From positions 768,001 through 832,000 of the forward strand of contig OY970340.1 in NCBI GenBank assembly GCA_963717465.1: a DNA stretch of 64,000 nt, given 5' to 3'. Within the stretch, counting starts at the first letter, position 1; each line of letters opens with the position of its first letter. Under the pieces are notes generated by a model. It searched no databases and was not told the origin of the DNA. It was given only the letters and a program-made list of their open reading frames with translations. The translations under genes and the position numbers were made by a program. Positions 52,192 through 62,255 of the stretch are shown here, piece by piece. Source of the stretch: Candidatus Bathyarchaeota archaeon (GTDB lineage: Archaea; Thermoproteota; Bathyarchaeia; Bathyarchaeales; Bathycorpusculaceae).

Positions 52192-53277
52192 TTGAGACGA
52201 AGAAACATAGTGATTGCGGCAGTTCTTGTTGTAATCCTAATAGTATCCACCTATTTTTTTCTTGTAATTGATGTTTTACCTGAATCAAAACCAACTCTCA
52301 CGATATTTTGTGCTACTAGCCTCGAATACCCCCTGAGCAAGGTTGATGCGGATTTTGAAGCCGCCTATCCAAATGTAAATGTCGAAATGATGGGGCATGG
52401 TAGCATACAGGTTATTCGGCAAGTAACTGAGGAAAACATGAAGGTTGACTTGTTAATGGTGGCGGATTACTCGCTTATCCCAACGATGATGTATAACACC
52501 ATTGACGAGCAGACAAATCAAAGCTATGCGAACTATTACATTAGATTTGCCACAAACTCTCTTGTTCTAGCCTACACGAACAACAGCAAATATGCCAACG
52601 AAATTAATGCCACTAATTGGTACTCCATCCTAAGCCAACAAAATGTCAAAATTGGGCTTGTCAATCCAGAATTAGATGCACTTGGCTACCGCACTCTAAT
52701 GGCAATCCAGCTATCAGAGAATTATTATAATGCGACCGGTTTATTTGCCAACTTAATTAGTGACAATTTTAACCCTTCAATAAACTCCATTCAAGACGGC
52801 TCAAATTATACGATCATGGTTCCAGACACTCAAACACCTCAAGGCGACAAGATAATTTTACGCGCAAGCGAAGTGGACTTAATCCCCCTGCTTCAAGATG
52901 GTACCATTGACTACTGCTTCCTATATGAAAGCAACGCCAAACAGTACGGTTTCAACTATGTTGAACTGCCTGATCAAGTCAATTTAGGCAACCCAGCTTA
53001 CGCAAGCAATTACCAAACCGTCCAAATTGTTTACTCTCACCAAAGATTTTCAGACATAACCCTTGACCGCACAGGAGAACCCATCTACTACGGGTTAACC
53101 ATACCCTCAAACGCTCCCGATCCACAATTGGCAGAAGAATTCATCCAGTTCATGCTCAAAGATCAAGGAAAAACCGATTTTGCCCAAGCATACCAACCAG
53201 TTTTCGCCCCTTCATACACTGACAATCTACAAGCACTACCGTCTAGCCTGCAATCATTGGTTGTAAGCGAACCATAA
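52192..53277 (+). CDS. wtpA: tungstate/molybdate ABC substrate-binding protein
   Basis: ATSL, GSIQVIRQV, VADYSLI, NPELDALGYR, RASEVDL, YESNAKQ and PIYYGLTIP motifs. Confidence 0.9.
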   Translation: MRRRNIVIAAVLVVILIVSTYFFLVIDVLPESKPTLTIFCATSLEYPLSKVDADFEAAYPNVNVEMMGHGSIQVIRQVTEENMKVDLLMVADYSLIPTMMYNTIDEQTNQSYANYYIRFATNSLVLAYTNNSKYANEINATNWYSILSQQNVKIGLVNPELDALGYRTLMAIQLSENYYNATGLFANLISDNFNPSINSIQDGSNYTIMVPDTQTPQGDKIILRASEVDLIPLLQDGTIDYCFLYESNAKQYGFNYVELPDQVNLGNPAYASNYQTVQIVYSHQRFSDITLDRTGEPIYYGLTIPSNAPDPQLAEEFIQFMLKDQGKTDFAQAYQPVFAPSYTDNLQALPSSLQSLVVSEP

Positions 53278-53340
53278 CGCTCATAACGAATTAGCGCTTA
53301 TCTTAACAGAAGAATTACTTGGGAGGCTAAAATTAAAGGA

Positions 53341-54138
53341 TTGACTTGGCTAAAAGAAAAGTCACCATTCATCTTAATCTCGTTTGTTCTAGGCGTAATA
53401 ATGGTTTTGTTTATTTTAGTTCCAATTGTTGGGTCTTTAGCGAACTCTGCCACAGGAGTCTATTCAGCTCTTGAGAGCATACAGACAATAAACGCGATTT
53501 TTACCAGTTTTTACTGCGCGTTCTTAGCAACTTTGCTCATGCTGATATTAGGTGTTCCATTTGCTTACCTGTTTGTCCGCAAGAATTTCAGGGGAAAAAA
53601 AGCCCTTGACGGTCTAATCGATCTTCCAATACTTATACCGCATAACACTGCAGGCATAGCATTGTTAAGTGTTGTCGCGCCAACTTTTCCTATTGGCGCA
53701 GCATTCGCAGCTTTAGGAATAAGTTTCATTGACACAGCTTGGGGCATTGTAATTGCTATGGCGTTCGTTAGCGCCCCCTTCATGATTCGAAGCGCTCAGG
53801 AAGCGTTCATGGCTGTTGATCCATCAATGGAAAAAATTGGCAGAGGCTTAGGGGCGACAAATTTTAAGCTTTTTAGGCATGTAACTCTTCCTTTAGCTTT
53901 AAGAGGAATATTAACTGGTTGCGTTTTAACCTGGGCAAGAGCAGTTAGCGAATTCGGCGCCGTAATAATCCTCGCCTATTATCCAGCTACGGCCCCAATC
54001 TACGTTCAAGACGTATTTACCAGCCAAGGCTTAAATGCTGCCCTTCCAATAAATGCGCTTTTAATAGTTCTCGCCATCGTAATTCTCGTAATATTCAAAA
54101 TAGCGATTTCCAAGCCGAAAGAAGCAGGCTCAAGGTGA
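53341..54138 (+). CDS. wtpB: tungstate/molybdate ABC permease
   Basis: DLPILIPH..AGIAL, FVSAPF and WARAVSEFGA motifs. Confidence 0.9.
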   Translation: MTWLKEKSPFILISFVLGVIMVLFILVPIVGSLANSATGVYSALESIQTINAIFTSFYCAFLATLLMLILGVPFAYLFVRKNFRGKKALDGLIDLPILIPHNTAGIALLSVVAPTFPIGAAFAALGISFIDTAWGIVIAMAFVSAPFMIRSAQEAFMAVDPSMEKIGRGLGATNFKLFRHVTLPLALRGILTGCVLTWARAVSEFGAVIILAYYPATAPIYVQDVFTSQGLNAALPINALLIVLAIVILVIFKIAISKPKEAGSR

Positions 54139-55253
54139 AAGCAGTGAGGCTTAAATTAGAAAATGTAACCAAAGAGTGGCGTGGATTTGCCCTAAAAAAC
54201 ATCAACCTTACAGTTGGTTCAGGCGAATATTGTGTTCTTTTAGGACCAACAGGGGCAGGAAAAACAATGCTTCTGGAAATAATCATGGGGTTTAACAAGC
54301 CTGACATGGGCAAAGTGTTCCTTGATGATGTTGATATAACAGAGTTAGCGCCTGAGAACAGGAATATAGGTTACGTTCCGCAATCGTCAATACTTTTTCC
54401 GCATATGACAGTTCGAGAAAATATTTCATTTGGTTTAAAGATGCGCAATAATTTCTCTTTTAATTCAAAGAAGCGTAAAGCATCTCAAGATACCCAAAAA
54501 CAAGTCGTTGACCAAGTAATTGAATTAACAAAACTTAAATCATTAGAAAATCGATTACCGGCAACATTAAGCGGCGGAGAAAAACAAAAGGTAGCACTAG
54601 CAAGAGTACTAGCAATTGACCCTAAAATAATTCTGCTTGATGAACCGTTGGCCTCCATTGACACATCCACAGCACGTGAACTTAGAGCCGAGTTAAAAAG
54701 AATACATAGAGAACAGGGCAAAACTATAATTCACGTAACCCACAGTTTAGTTGAAGGGCTAGGTTTAGCTGATAAAGTGGCAATAATAAATGCTGGTGAA
54801 ATATCTCAAGTTGGTAAAGCAAAAGAGTTGTTTGCCAAACCCAACAATGAATTTGTAGCCAAATTTTTGGGTTACGAGAATATTTTCAAAGCCAAAATAA
54901 TTCATTCTGAGCAAGAATTTTCACTTCTTGACGTTCAAGGTTTACAGGTAAAAGTTTCGGGAAATATTCATGCTGCTGAAATGATTGCTGTGCGCCCAGA
55001 AGACATAACTGTTGAATTGTTCAAACCTAAGAATGCTAGCTTAAACATTTTCAGCGGAACCGTTGTTGAATGTGAAGATACTGGCCCTCTTGTTTTGGTA
55101 ACAGTGGATGCAGGATTAATGTTTAAAGCATCAATAAATCGAAACATGTTTATAGAAAAGGAATTCGAAGTTGGCAAGAAAGTCTGGTTATATTTTTCTC
55201 AAATTGCTATATTAGCAGGTTCAACAAAAGAATTGGAAAAAACTAAGGAATAA
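54135..55253 (+). CDS. wtpC: tungstate/molybdate ABC ATPase with TOBE domain
   Basis: GPTGAGKT, LSGGEKQ, LLDEP and VRPEDI motifs. Confidence 0.9.
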   Translation: MKAVRLKLENVTKEWRGFALKNINLTVGSGEYCVLLGPTGAGKTMLLEIIMGFNKPDMGKVFLDDVDITELAPENRNIGYVPQSSILFPHMTVRENISFGLKMRNNFSFNSKKRKASQDTQKQVVDQVIELTKLKSLENRLPATLSGGEKQKVALARVLAIDPKIILLDEPLASIDTSTARELRAELKRIHREQGKTIIHVTHSLVEGLGLADKVAIINAGEISQVGKAKELFAKPNNEFVAKFLGYENIFKAKIIHSEQEFSLLDVQGLQVKVSGNIHAAEMIAVRPEDITVELFKPKNASLNIFSGTVVECEDTGPLVLVTVDAGLMFKASINRNMFIEKEFEVGKKVWLYFSQIAILAGSTKELEKTKE

Positions 55254-55505
55254 TTGAAGAGAAAATAAGTTTATTTTAAGAATTCGTCCATGCCCCGCAT
55301 TATATTTTAAGATTTTCCACTACCTCCAACTGTAACTTTCGGGCAGTGGAATATGTATGATTGGGTAAACTCGGCATCGATAAGCTTTACATCTACATTT
55401 TCATATACCGTTATAGCTTAGTTAAGCAAGAGGCATATAACCCTCAACTATCTTTTTGTAAGTCGTATTACAAAAAATTTCGAGAAGATTTAATAAAACT
55501 ATAGG

Positions 55506-56060
55506 GTGTGTTCAATAACGAAAAATGTTAGTCGCAAATCTATTGTTATCATTCTAGTCGCTACTTTATTATTGGCCGTTTGTTTTGAGATCTATGCTCA
55601 CATTTACATAAAGATAGCTAACTTACCAGTAGTATCCTCTGCAGATGTTCTTAAGCTTCCTTACATAAGTAACGATACGTACATTTTATCAGCTAATGGA
55701 GCTGAATGGCTACTGGCTTTAAAGCAATTTAACGTAACATCTGAACCTGCAGGATTGGTGCTCTTCATCTTTAAAATAAAGCAGAACACAAATTTTTATA
55801 TCCAAAGTATTGATCTTATTCCCGAAAATCTTCAAGTAAATCTTGGAATTAAGGATTCCAGCTTTTCAACTAATTTGACACCTTACTATACACAAAATAG
55901 TAATTGTACAATTCAACCAGCAACATATACTTTTTCTCCAGGAACATATAATTGCACTTTCAATTTCAAATTTAAAATATATGAATCAACGCTGCTTGGA
56001 ATCTCAACTGTGAATGAAACCACGGTTCAATTCTATGAAACCAAAACGTATCCAATCTAA
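55506..56060 (+). CDS. hypothetical membrane-anchored protein
   Basis: N-terminal TM followed by a beta-rich Asn/Thr-rich domain. Confidence 0.55.
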   Translation: MCSITKNVSRKSIVIILVATLLLAVCFEIYAHIYIKIANLPVVSSADVLKLPYISNDTYILSANGAEWLLALKQFNVTSEPAGLVLFIFKIKQNTNFYIQSIDLIPENLQVNLGIKDSSFSTNLTPYYTQNSNCTIQPATYTFSPGTYNCTFNFKFKIYESTLLGISTVNETTVQFYETKTYPI

Positions 56061-56351
56061 AGGATTCCCAAATCCCAAGAAAGGTGCCCTATATAGAAGG
56101 ATTAACAAAATCAGGTTTGGGTTTATACTGCAACTAATTTCTTAAAAGTTAATATTTTGTCCAGCAGGCACGATGGCTTATTGCACTATGCAATGGATTG
56201 CCCCGCGTGCGGTATTTTGAATATTACGGTATGAGCAAAATAATTCTGTGCGAAGAAATAATCAAAAAAGGAACCTTTATAGAAATAGGCACGAGTCTTC
56301 TTACGTGCTCACTATATTGTTTTTTTATAAATTATCAAATATACAGAATTA

Positions 56352-57161
56352 CTATAACACATTCAATGAACTTCCATAAAGCCAAAAAAATATTCCACAA
56401 CTAATAGATGCAATTATCGTTACAATTATTAAAGCATAGTCAGTTTTTGTCATATGCATAGTGCGCATATAAGTCCGCTCGTTTTTCAAACGAAACGCGC
56501 GGGTTTCAATGGCAACTGCAGAGTTACGTGCCATTAACAAATAGTTAATTAGCAAAGGCGTCAACACCGGAATTAAGTTTTTCATTCTTTGAAGTAAACT
56601 GCCTTTTTCTAATTCTAATCCTCGAGCAGTTTGAGCTAACAAGATCTCGTTAGCCTTATCTCGGATGTCAGGTATGAATCGAAGAGCAATGTTAACCATG
56701 AAGGCTAATTCGAATGGCACTTTGATCTTGCGTAACGAGACTAAAAAATCTCTTGGAGCTGTAGTTAAGCTGAAAATAGTCGTGGCAATTAGCAATGCAA
56801 TAAGTCTTACGCCTAATATTAGACCATGCACAACGCCGTCTAGACTGAATATTATGTAGTTTGCAAATATCGGTGAATTTGAGGGAACCGTAAGCAACGG
56901 GTAGAGTATTTTATAGGGATAAAAAATTCCCTGAACTATCGCAAGCAAAAAAATTAGATATGAAAAAAAACTAATGTATTTCCACAGTCGGCGCATTGGA
57001 ATTTTAGCAATAAAAGTCATGACTAAACAGACTATGATTATACCAAGCATCAGATACAGGTTTACATATATTATTGCCAGTGTGGATATGCATATTACAA
57101 TAAGTAGTTTGGTTAATGGGTCAAGCCTGTGAAAAAATGATTGGGAATCAGCAGTTGTCAT
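56352..57161 (-). CDS. ecfT: ECF transporter T component
   Basis: HRLDPLTKL, ALRFIP, AQTARG and AIETRAF motifs. Confidence 0.93.
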   Translation of the reverse strand: MTTADSQSFFHRLDPLTKLLIVICISTLAIIYVNLYLMLGIIIVCLVMTFIAKIPMRRLWKYISFFSYLIFLLAIVQGIFYPYKILYPLLTVPSNSPIFANYIIFSLDGVVHGLILGVRLIALLIATTIFSLTTAPRDFLVSLRKIKVPFELAFMVNIALRFIPDIRDKANEILLAQTARGLELEKGSLLQRMKNLIPVLTPLLINYLLMARNSAVAIETRAFRLKNERTYMRTMHMTKTDYALIIVTIIASISCGIFFWLYGSSLNVL

Positions 57162-57172
57162 AGCAGTTACGG

Positions 57173-58003
57173 TTAACCTCTCCTTACCAGTATACTTTGT
57201 ATAAAGGTTGCCATTTCATCAACTGTCAAGATGGTTTTTGGGCATCCATATGCCCCAAACAAATCCGCTAACTCCATTATCGGCATACGCTTAAAATTTA
57301 TTTTAGCTAATAAGTCCCAATCGCCTAGGATTTCCTCAGTTTTGCCATCAGCTGCTATCTGGCCTTCCTGCATAACAATAATTCGTTTGCAGCAAACTGC
57401 CACGTGCATTATGTCATGGCTTATCAGTATCACAAGTTTGCCTGCATTGTTAAGTTGGCGTACCAAATTCATTATTTCCAGCCGTCGAGGATAATCCTGT
57501 CCAGTTGTAGGTTCATCTAAGATAATCGCATTTGGCTGCATAGCTAAGATAGACGCAATAGCCACTCCTTGGCGTTGACCTAAACTCAAACACCTAGGAT
57601 GAACCTCTTTGTACTTATCCAACTCAAGCGATTTTAACGCATCATCCACACGACTTTGAATCTCTGCTTCATCTAAGCCCATATTTCTCAGGCCGAAAGC
57701 AACCTCTTTGTTAACGCTGTCCGCAAACAGTTGATTATCAGGATTCTGAAATGCATAACCAATTTTGCGTCCAAGTTCAGCTATAGTAAAAGAAGAGTAA
57801 TCTTTGTCTTCCACAAGTACTCTCCCACTAGCTGGCCGAAACATGCCTGTTAAAAGTTTAGCTAAAGTCGTTTTCCCCGAGCCATTGTTACCTATTAATG
57901 CAACAAATTCACCATGGCTAAACGAGACTGAAACATCTCTTATTGCTGAAGTTCCATCCCTATACTTGTAGCAGATATTTTCCGCTTGAATAAAATTAGG
58001 CGT
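57173..58003 (-). CDS. ecfA: ECF ATPase A' (Walker A lies upstream of track start; no canonical start codon in frame)
   Basis: In-frame GEFVALIGNNGSGKTT upstream of 57844; FQNPDNQLF, LSLGQRQ and LDEPT. Confidence 0.9.
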   Translation of the reverse strand, partial: TPNFIQAENICYKYRDGTSAIRDVSVSFSHGEFVALIGNNGSGKTTLAKLLTGMFRPASGRVLVEDKDYSSFTIAELGRKIGYAFQNPDNQLFADSVNKEVAFGLRNMGLDEAEIQSRVDDALKSLELDKYKEVHPRCLSLGQRQGVAIASILAMQPNAIILDEPTTGQDYPRRLEIMNLVRQLNNAGKLVILISHDIMHVAVCCKRIIVMQEGQIAADGKTEEILGDWDLLAKINFKRMPIMELADLFGAYGCPKTILTVDEMATFIQSILVRRG

Positions 58004-58847
58004 CCAATCGCCTCTTAATTAGTTCAAACAATTCTGAAGCGGAAGAAGGATTTCTATCTAAATCAAGGCCGTTGTCTCGAAGTTTCATAATCAACTGAGT
58101 TAATTGGGGCGGAATCAAGCCAAACTTTTTAAAAATATCCTTGTTTGAGAACACTTCTGAAGGTAAGCCATTTGCTTGTATTTGTCCATCATTTAATATA
58201 ATGATGCGACTTGCGCAATTGGCTAATAGGTCGATTTCGTGTGTTGCTAAGACTATAGTGGTTCCTTCCTGATTCAATTGCTTAATAAGGCTGATTATTC
58301 TATCGCTGCTTTCGGAATCGAGATTAGATGTTGGCTCATCCAAAAGCAGAATTTTCGGTTTCATTGCAAGCACAGAAGCGATAGCTACCAGTTGCTTCTG
58401 TCCTTCCGACAAATTAGTAGGCGACTTGTATCTTAACGAATTTAAATTAACTTTTGTCAAGATTTCATTCACGATGCGAATAATTTCATCTGAAGGGATG
58501 CACAAGTTTTCAGGACCAAATGCAATATCGTCTTCAACATTTTGGAAAAAAAGTTGCGTGTCTGGCTCTTGAAAAACTGTGCCGATGTGAGTTGCAATTT
58601 CTCCTATTTTAAGCATTTTAGAATCTAACCCGTCGATTAGAACATCGCCTTCAAGGTCACCATTAAAATAATGAGGAATAAGTCCATTCATCAACCGAAA
58701 CAGCGTAGTTTTGCCCGTGCCTGTTAAACCTATTAAGCCTACAAACTCGCCGTAACCAATTTCCAGATTTAAGTTTCGAAGAGTTGGCGTATTCAAAAGT
58801 GGATATGTATATGTGACATTTTTTAGCTCAATAGCTTGCACACTCAT
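57996..58847 (-). CDS. ecfA: ECF ATPase A
   Basis: GLTGTGKTT, FQEPDTQ, LSEGQKQ and LLDEPT motifs. Confidence 0.92.
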   Translation of the reverse strand: MSVQAIELKNVTYTYPLLNTPTLRNLNLEIGYGEFVGLIGLTGTGKTTLFRLMNGLIPHYFNGDLEGDVLIDGLDSKMLKIGEIATHIGTVFQEPDTQLFFQNVEDDIAFGPENLCIPSDEIIRIVNEILTKVNLNSLRYKSPTNLSEGQKQLVAIASVLAMKPKILLLDEPTSNLDSESSDRIISLIKQLNQEGTTIVLATHEIDLLANCASRIIILNDGQIQANGLPSEVFSNKDIFKKFGLIPPQLTQLIMKLRDNGLDLDRNPSSASELFELIKRRLDA

Positions 58848-58855
58848 CTACCTGA

Positions 58856-59371
58856 TCAGCTGACATCCAAAACTGCAACTTCATAAACCCATCTTTCTGA
58901 ATTAGGATCGCTTGATATAATAAGCCATAATGGTCCAAAGCCTGATGCTAACAATTCACCATTTTTCTCGTAAGCTAGTATCATGTTTGCATTGTTCTTT
59001 ATCTCACTGATCTGAAGAATGATATAGTATTTATCTGAAGCTAAAACTGTCACTGATGTTGCGTTGCTCGGGATGCCTGCTTGCTGAAGTAGATACCAAA
59101 GATTTATACCAGTAAAGTTGAAGGTTCCGTCATCCTGTGGTTTCGAGGTGGAAGCAACTGTAGCAGTTACAGATGTCGACGGGAGAATCATTACTTCGTT
59201 TAGGGTCAAATTTAGTGTTTGGTTAACATTGCCTGTTACCAGTAGGTTCCCTTCAGTTGTATTGTTAACTAGGTTAACTGGACTTTTGACTTGAACAAGA
59301 GAATAAAGTGGTATGGTGGCTATAATGAGTGCGATTAAGATTGCAATTACGAGTATGTGTCTTTTTTGCAT
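58856..59371 (-). CDS. membrane-anchored molybdopterin-oxidoreductase-like domain protein within the ECF operon
   Basis: LLVTGNV...LTLNE, FTGINL..LLQQAG, LASDKY, ILAYEKNG...GPLWLI and RWVYEV. Confidence 0.75.
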   Translation of the reverse strand: MQKRHILVIAILIALIIATIPLYSLVQVKSPVNLVNNTTEGNLLVTGNVNQTLNLTLNEVMILPSTSVTATVASTSKPQDDGTFNFTGINLWYLLQQAGIPSNATSVTVLASDKYYIILQISEIKNNANMILAYEKNGELLASGFGPLWLIISSDPNSERWVYEVAVLDVS

Positions 59372-59381
59372 TTTCTTCCTC

Positions 59382-60002
59382 TCAACTTTGCTTTAAAACG
59401 TTGGAATACGCTGAAGGAGGTTTCTTCTTGGGTACTCCGATTCCTATTTTCCTGACCTCAATCAGCAACGCATTGGCTATTATTCCACCAATCCCTCCGA
59501 ATATCAAAGCTATTATTAAGGAAAAAAGCAACGGAATGGTTGGTAGACCTAAATATATAGTCGATACCAAGTAAGTGCCAACGAAGTTTGCTGCAGCTGA
59601 AGCCGCGAAACACCCTATCAAACCGAAGCGGTGTTCTTGTTTCACCAATAAATAGATAACGTAGATACAATCTACAGCTATTCCTGGAAGAAGATAAATG
59701 ACAAAAGAGAATACTCCGAAGTTGCCGAATGCAAATATGAGGCTAAGAAATGATTCAATTGCTGAAGTCAAGGTTGCTGCTCCTGGAATTCGTACGATAC
59801 CGATCGCAAGGACGGACCACATCATGTATATTCCGCCGGCGACAGCTCCAGTGGGTATGCTAAAAGGTCCTGTTACTAATTGCAGGGTTGGAGCAATAAT
59901 TTGTTTTGTACCCATATCTAAGCCAGCTAAAAGTGACATGGTGACTAGGTCAACGGTTGCGGTTCTTGCAAGTCCTCGCTTTTGAGTGTTCTTATTTTGC
60001 AT
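59382..60002 (-). CDS. ECF transporter S component
   Basis: About 6 TM helices; GIYMMW.VLA..IVRIPGAATL...E; first gene of S-X-A-A'-T operon. Confidence 0.8.
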   Translation of the reverse strand: MQNKNTQKRGLARTATVDLVTMSLLAGLDMGTKQIIAPTLQLVTGPFSIPTGAVAGGIYMMWSVLAIGIVRIPGAATLTSAIESFLSLIFAFGNFGVFSFVIYLLPGIAVDCIYVIYLLVKQEHRFGLIGCFAASAAANFVGTYLVSTIYLGLPTIPLLFSLIIALIFGGIGGIIANALLIEVRKIGIGVPKKKPPSAYSNVLKQS

Positions 60003-60801
60003 GGGGAAACTCAGATATTACCCTGTCGTCACATCGGTTAATAAATAGTTTGGTTACTCATATGACCATCATATGCGCAAGCTGAAATAGCAAATTTGCC
60101 GAAATTATTCTTATCTTTGTTGGTTTCACACGTGTCTAAGCAGATGCTGACAAATAACCAATCAAAACCCAAAATTAAATAGGATTACTGACGAGCGCAA
60201 TAACCTGTACGCTACAAAAAGAAACCGAAAAAGTAATAACTGGAAACGAGCAAAAAGGCACATTTGCCTTTGAAGAAGGTGCAGACGCACAAAACAATAC
60301 ATTTTTAAAAAGCAAGCCACACAGGGTTTTCCACAAGTTCTCGGTTTGCAAGAAGCCTCAACAACCTAATTATCAAAAATGCCTATCCCATGATTGTTTA
60401 TCCCCTGCTGGTTAACATGGAAGGGCATCCTATGAAGACTTAACAGAACTAAACTTGCGATAAAGAAGTAAAGTATCTGAATTGGATTTCCATTTAATTT
60501 GTCTTTTGGACTGCATCTCACACCATCCACATTATTCAACTAAACAATATAATGAACTTTATTTTATGCAAAAATTTATTATCTAAAATTTAGATTTTAT
60601 TCGAGAAAACAAAATAGCTCTTTAATTCATAAAATATTTAAACTAAAAGTTAGAGAAAGCTATCATGTCCACCGTCTTAGCATAGGACAAACAAAGCAAG
60701 GTCTAAGGTTGACGTTTAATCCAAGACTTATCCATAAACCAAACCCAAAACATTTAGCATCTTGGATTAAAACAGGGTCAACTTTAGAAAAAAGAAAGGA
60801 G

Positions 60802-60945
60802 CTATCTTTGTATGTCTCGTTTAATTTCATGGAGTTCTTTCTTTATCTCAACAAGAGACTCTGATATTTTGGAGAGTGTTTCTTGCATATCAGCAAGCAC
60901 ATTAACAAATTGTCCTAGCGCTTGAGCTATGTCATCATCGGTCAT
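60802..60945 (-). CDS. small coiled-coil hypothetical protein (47 aa), not in ORF track
   Basis: MTDDDIAQALGQFVNVLADMQETLSKISESLVEIKKELHEIKRDIQR*; heptad pattern; GGGGA upstream. Confidence 0.5.
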   Translation of the reverse strand: MTDDDIAQALGQFVNVLADMQETLSKISESLVEIKKELHEIKRDIQR

Positions 60946-61232
60946 TTTTTTCTTCCCCAATTCTTGTTAAAATCAATCACAAGATAAATTTTGTGCTTTG
61001 TCTCAGCATCATATAGAAATTAAAGTCAATCACCCGAAAATTAACATGGATAATTAAAACCCTCTTTTTGTCACCCGTTTCTTAACGGCCATCACCTACA
61101 AAGTTAACAGAGCCCAACAACAAAAACTTCAATAAGCACGAAACAGCTGAAAAACCCTTAAACTGAAGCGACCCACTCTACAATTAAAAATCATAATAAC
61201 CAACAAAACAATCAACATGAAGGAGCTACAAA

Positions 61233-61895
61233 TTGTATTTTCTTGGGCATATGACATGGGCTTACGTTTTCGCAATGCTTGCGTGGGCTTTCATCCCAGG
61301 GATAAAAAAAACCGGAAAACTCTTTGTACCCGCAATCCTAATATTAGGCATTTTGCCTGATTCTGACCTTCTACTGGGCAGTCTCGGAATAGTTCATCGA
61401 ACCGTCACGCACTCATTTTTTCTCTGGATTCTCCTGTTCATCCCCGTCTTCTACTTTCTCCGCCTAAAAGGAATCCCCTACTTCATAGCCGTAGTCCAAC
61501 ACTTCGCCTTCGGCGACTTCATAATGGGCAAAGTCATGATGTTCTGGCCATTCTACACAAAATTTATAGGCTTAGGTTTCGGGATGCCTTCGCTGATGGA
61601 TACTGTAATGGAAATAGCTGGCTTGATATTAGCCGCAGGAATCATCATATACACAGGCGACCTGAAGCGACTTCTATCAGTCGACAAACGCAACCTCTAC
61701 ATGATTTTCCCATTACTTGCACTCGTGGTATCAGCCATATTTTTCATTTCACACATGACCCTAAACCCATTCATCCAATACGTCCTATCAAGCCAAATGC
61801 TCATAACCATGGCTATAGCCAACTTTATCCTACTCGGCTTCATAGCAGCCTCCACACTTCAAGGATTAAGAGCACTAATGCGCAGGAAAAACTAA
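61233..61895 (+). CDS. membrane metal-dependent hydrolase (YdjM-like)
   Basis: GH, LPDSD, HRTVTHS, QH...D and FWPF motifs. Confidence 0.8.
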   Translation: MYFLGHMTWAYVFAMLAWAFIPGIKKTGKLFVPAILILGILPDSDLLLGSLGIVHRTVTHSFFLWILLFIPVFYFLRLKGIPYFIAVVQHFAFGDFIMGKVMMFWPFYTKFIGLGFGMPSLMDTVMEIAGLILAAGIIIYTGDLKRLLSVDKRNLYMIFPLLALVVSAIFFISHMTLNPFIQYVLSSQMLITMAIANFILLGFIAASTLQGLRALMRRKN

Positions 61896-62255
61896 ACCTG
61901 AAAACCAGCTAATTCTAAACCATAACTCACTTTTCTGCCGAGCACACGTGCAAGAGATCGCCTGCGGCGATTCCTTTGGTTTTGGCTTTCAAAAAGCGCG
62001 CTATTTTGGCTTTTTCTGCCCCAAAATCGCTCAGTAACTGTATATTTTTTCTCATTCAACCAATAGCTAATTTTTCTTTAAACCTAAATGTTACCATATA
62101 GAGTAAAACAGATTGCTAAACTGTCAGTTCTCCATACAAGCCTCCTATGTTAGAAGAGGTTATTGCTATTTTGAAATGTGCTTCGGTTGCAACCAGCCGT
62201 CACAAAAGCATTTATAAACCGTGCCCTCAAATAGCGTCTTAGCGGTTGATTTATT

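Noticed and set aside
55314..55351. Hairpin TTCCACT/AGTGGAA after wtpC as an ncRNA
   Set aside because: Single short stem with no further support.
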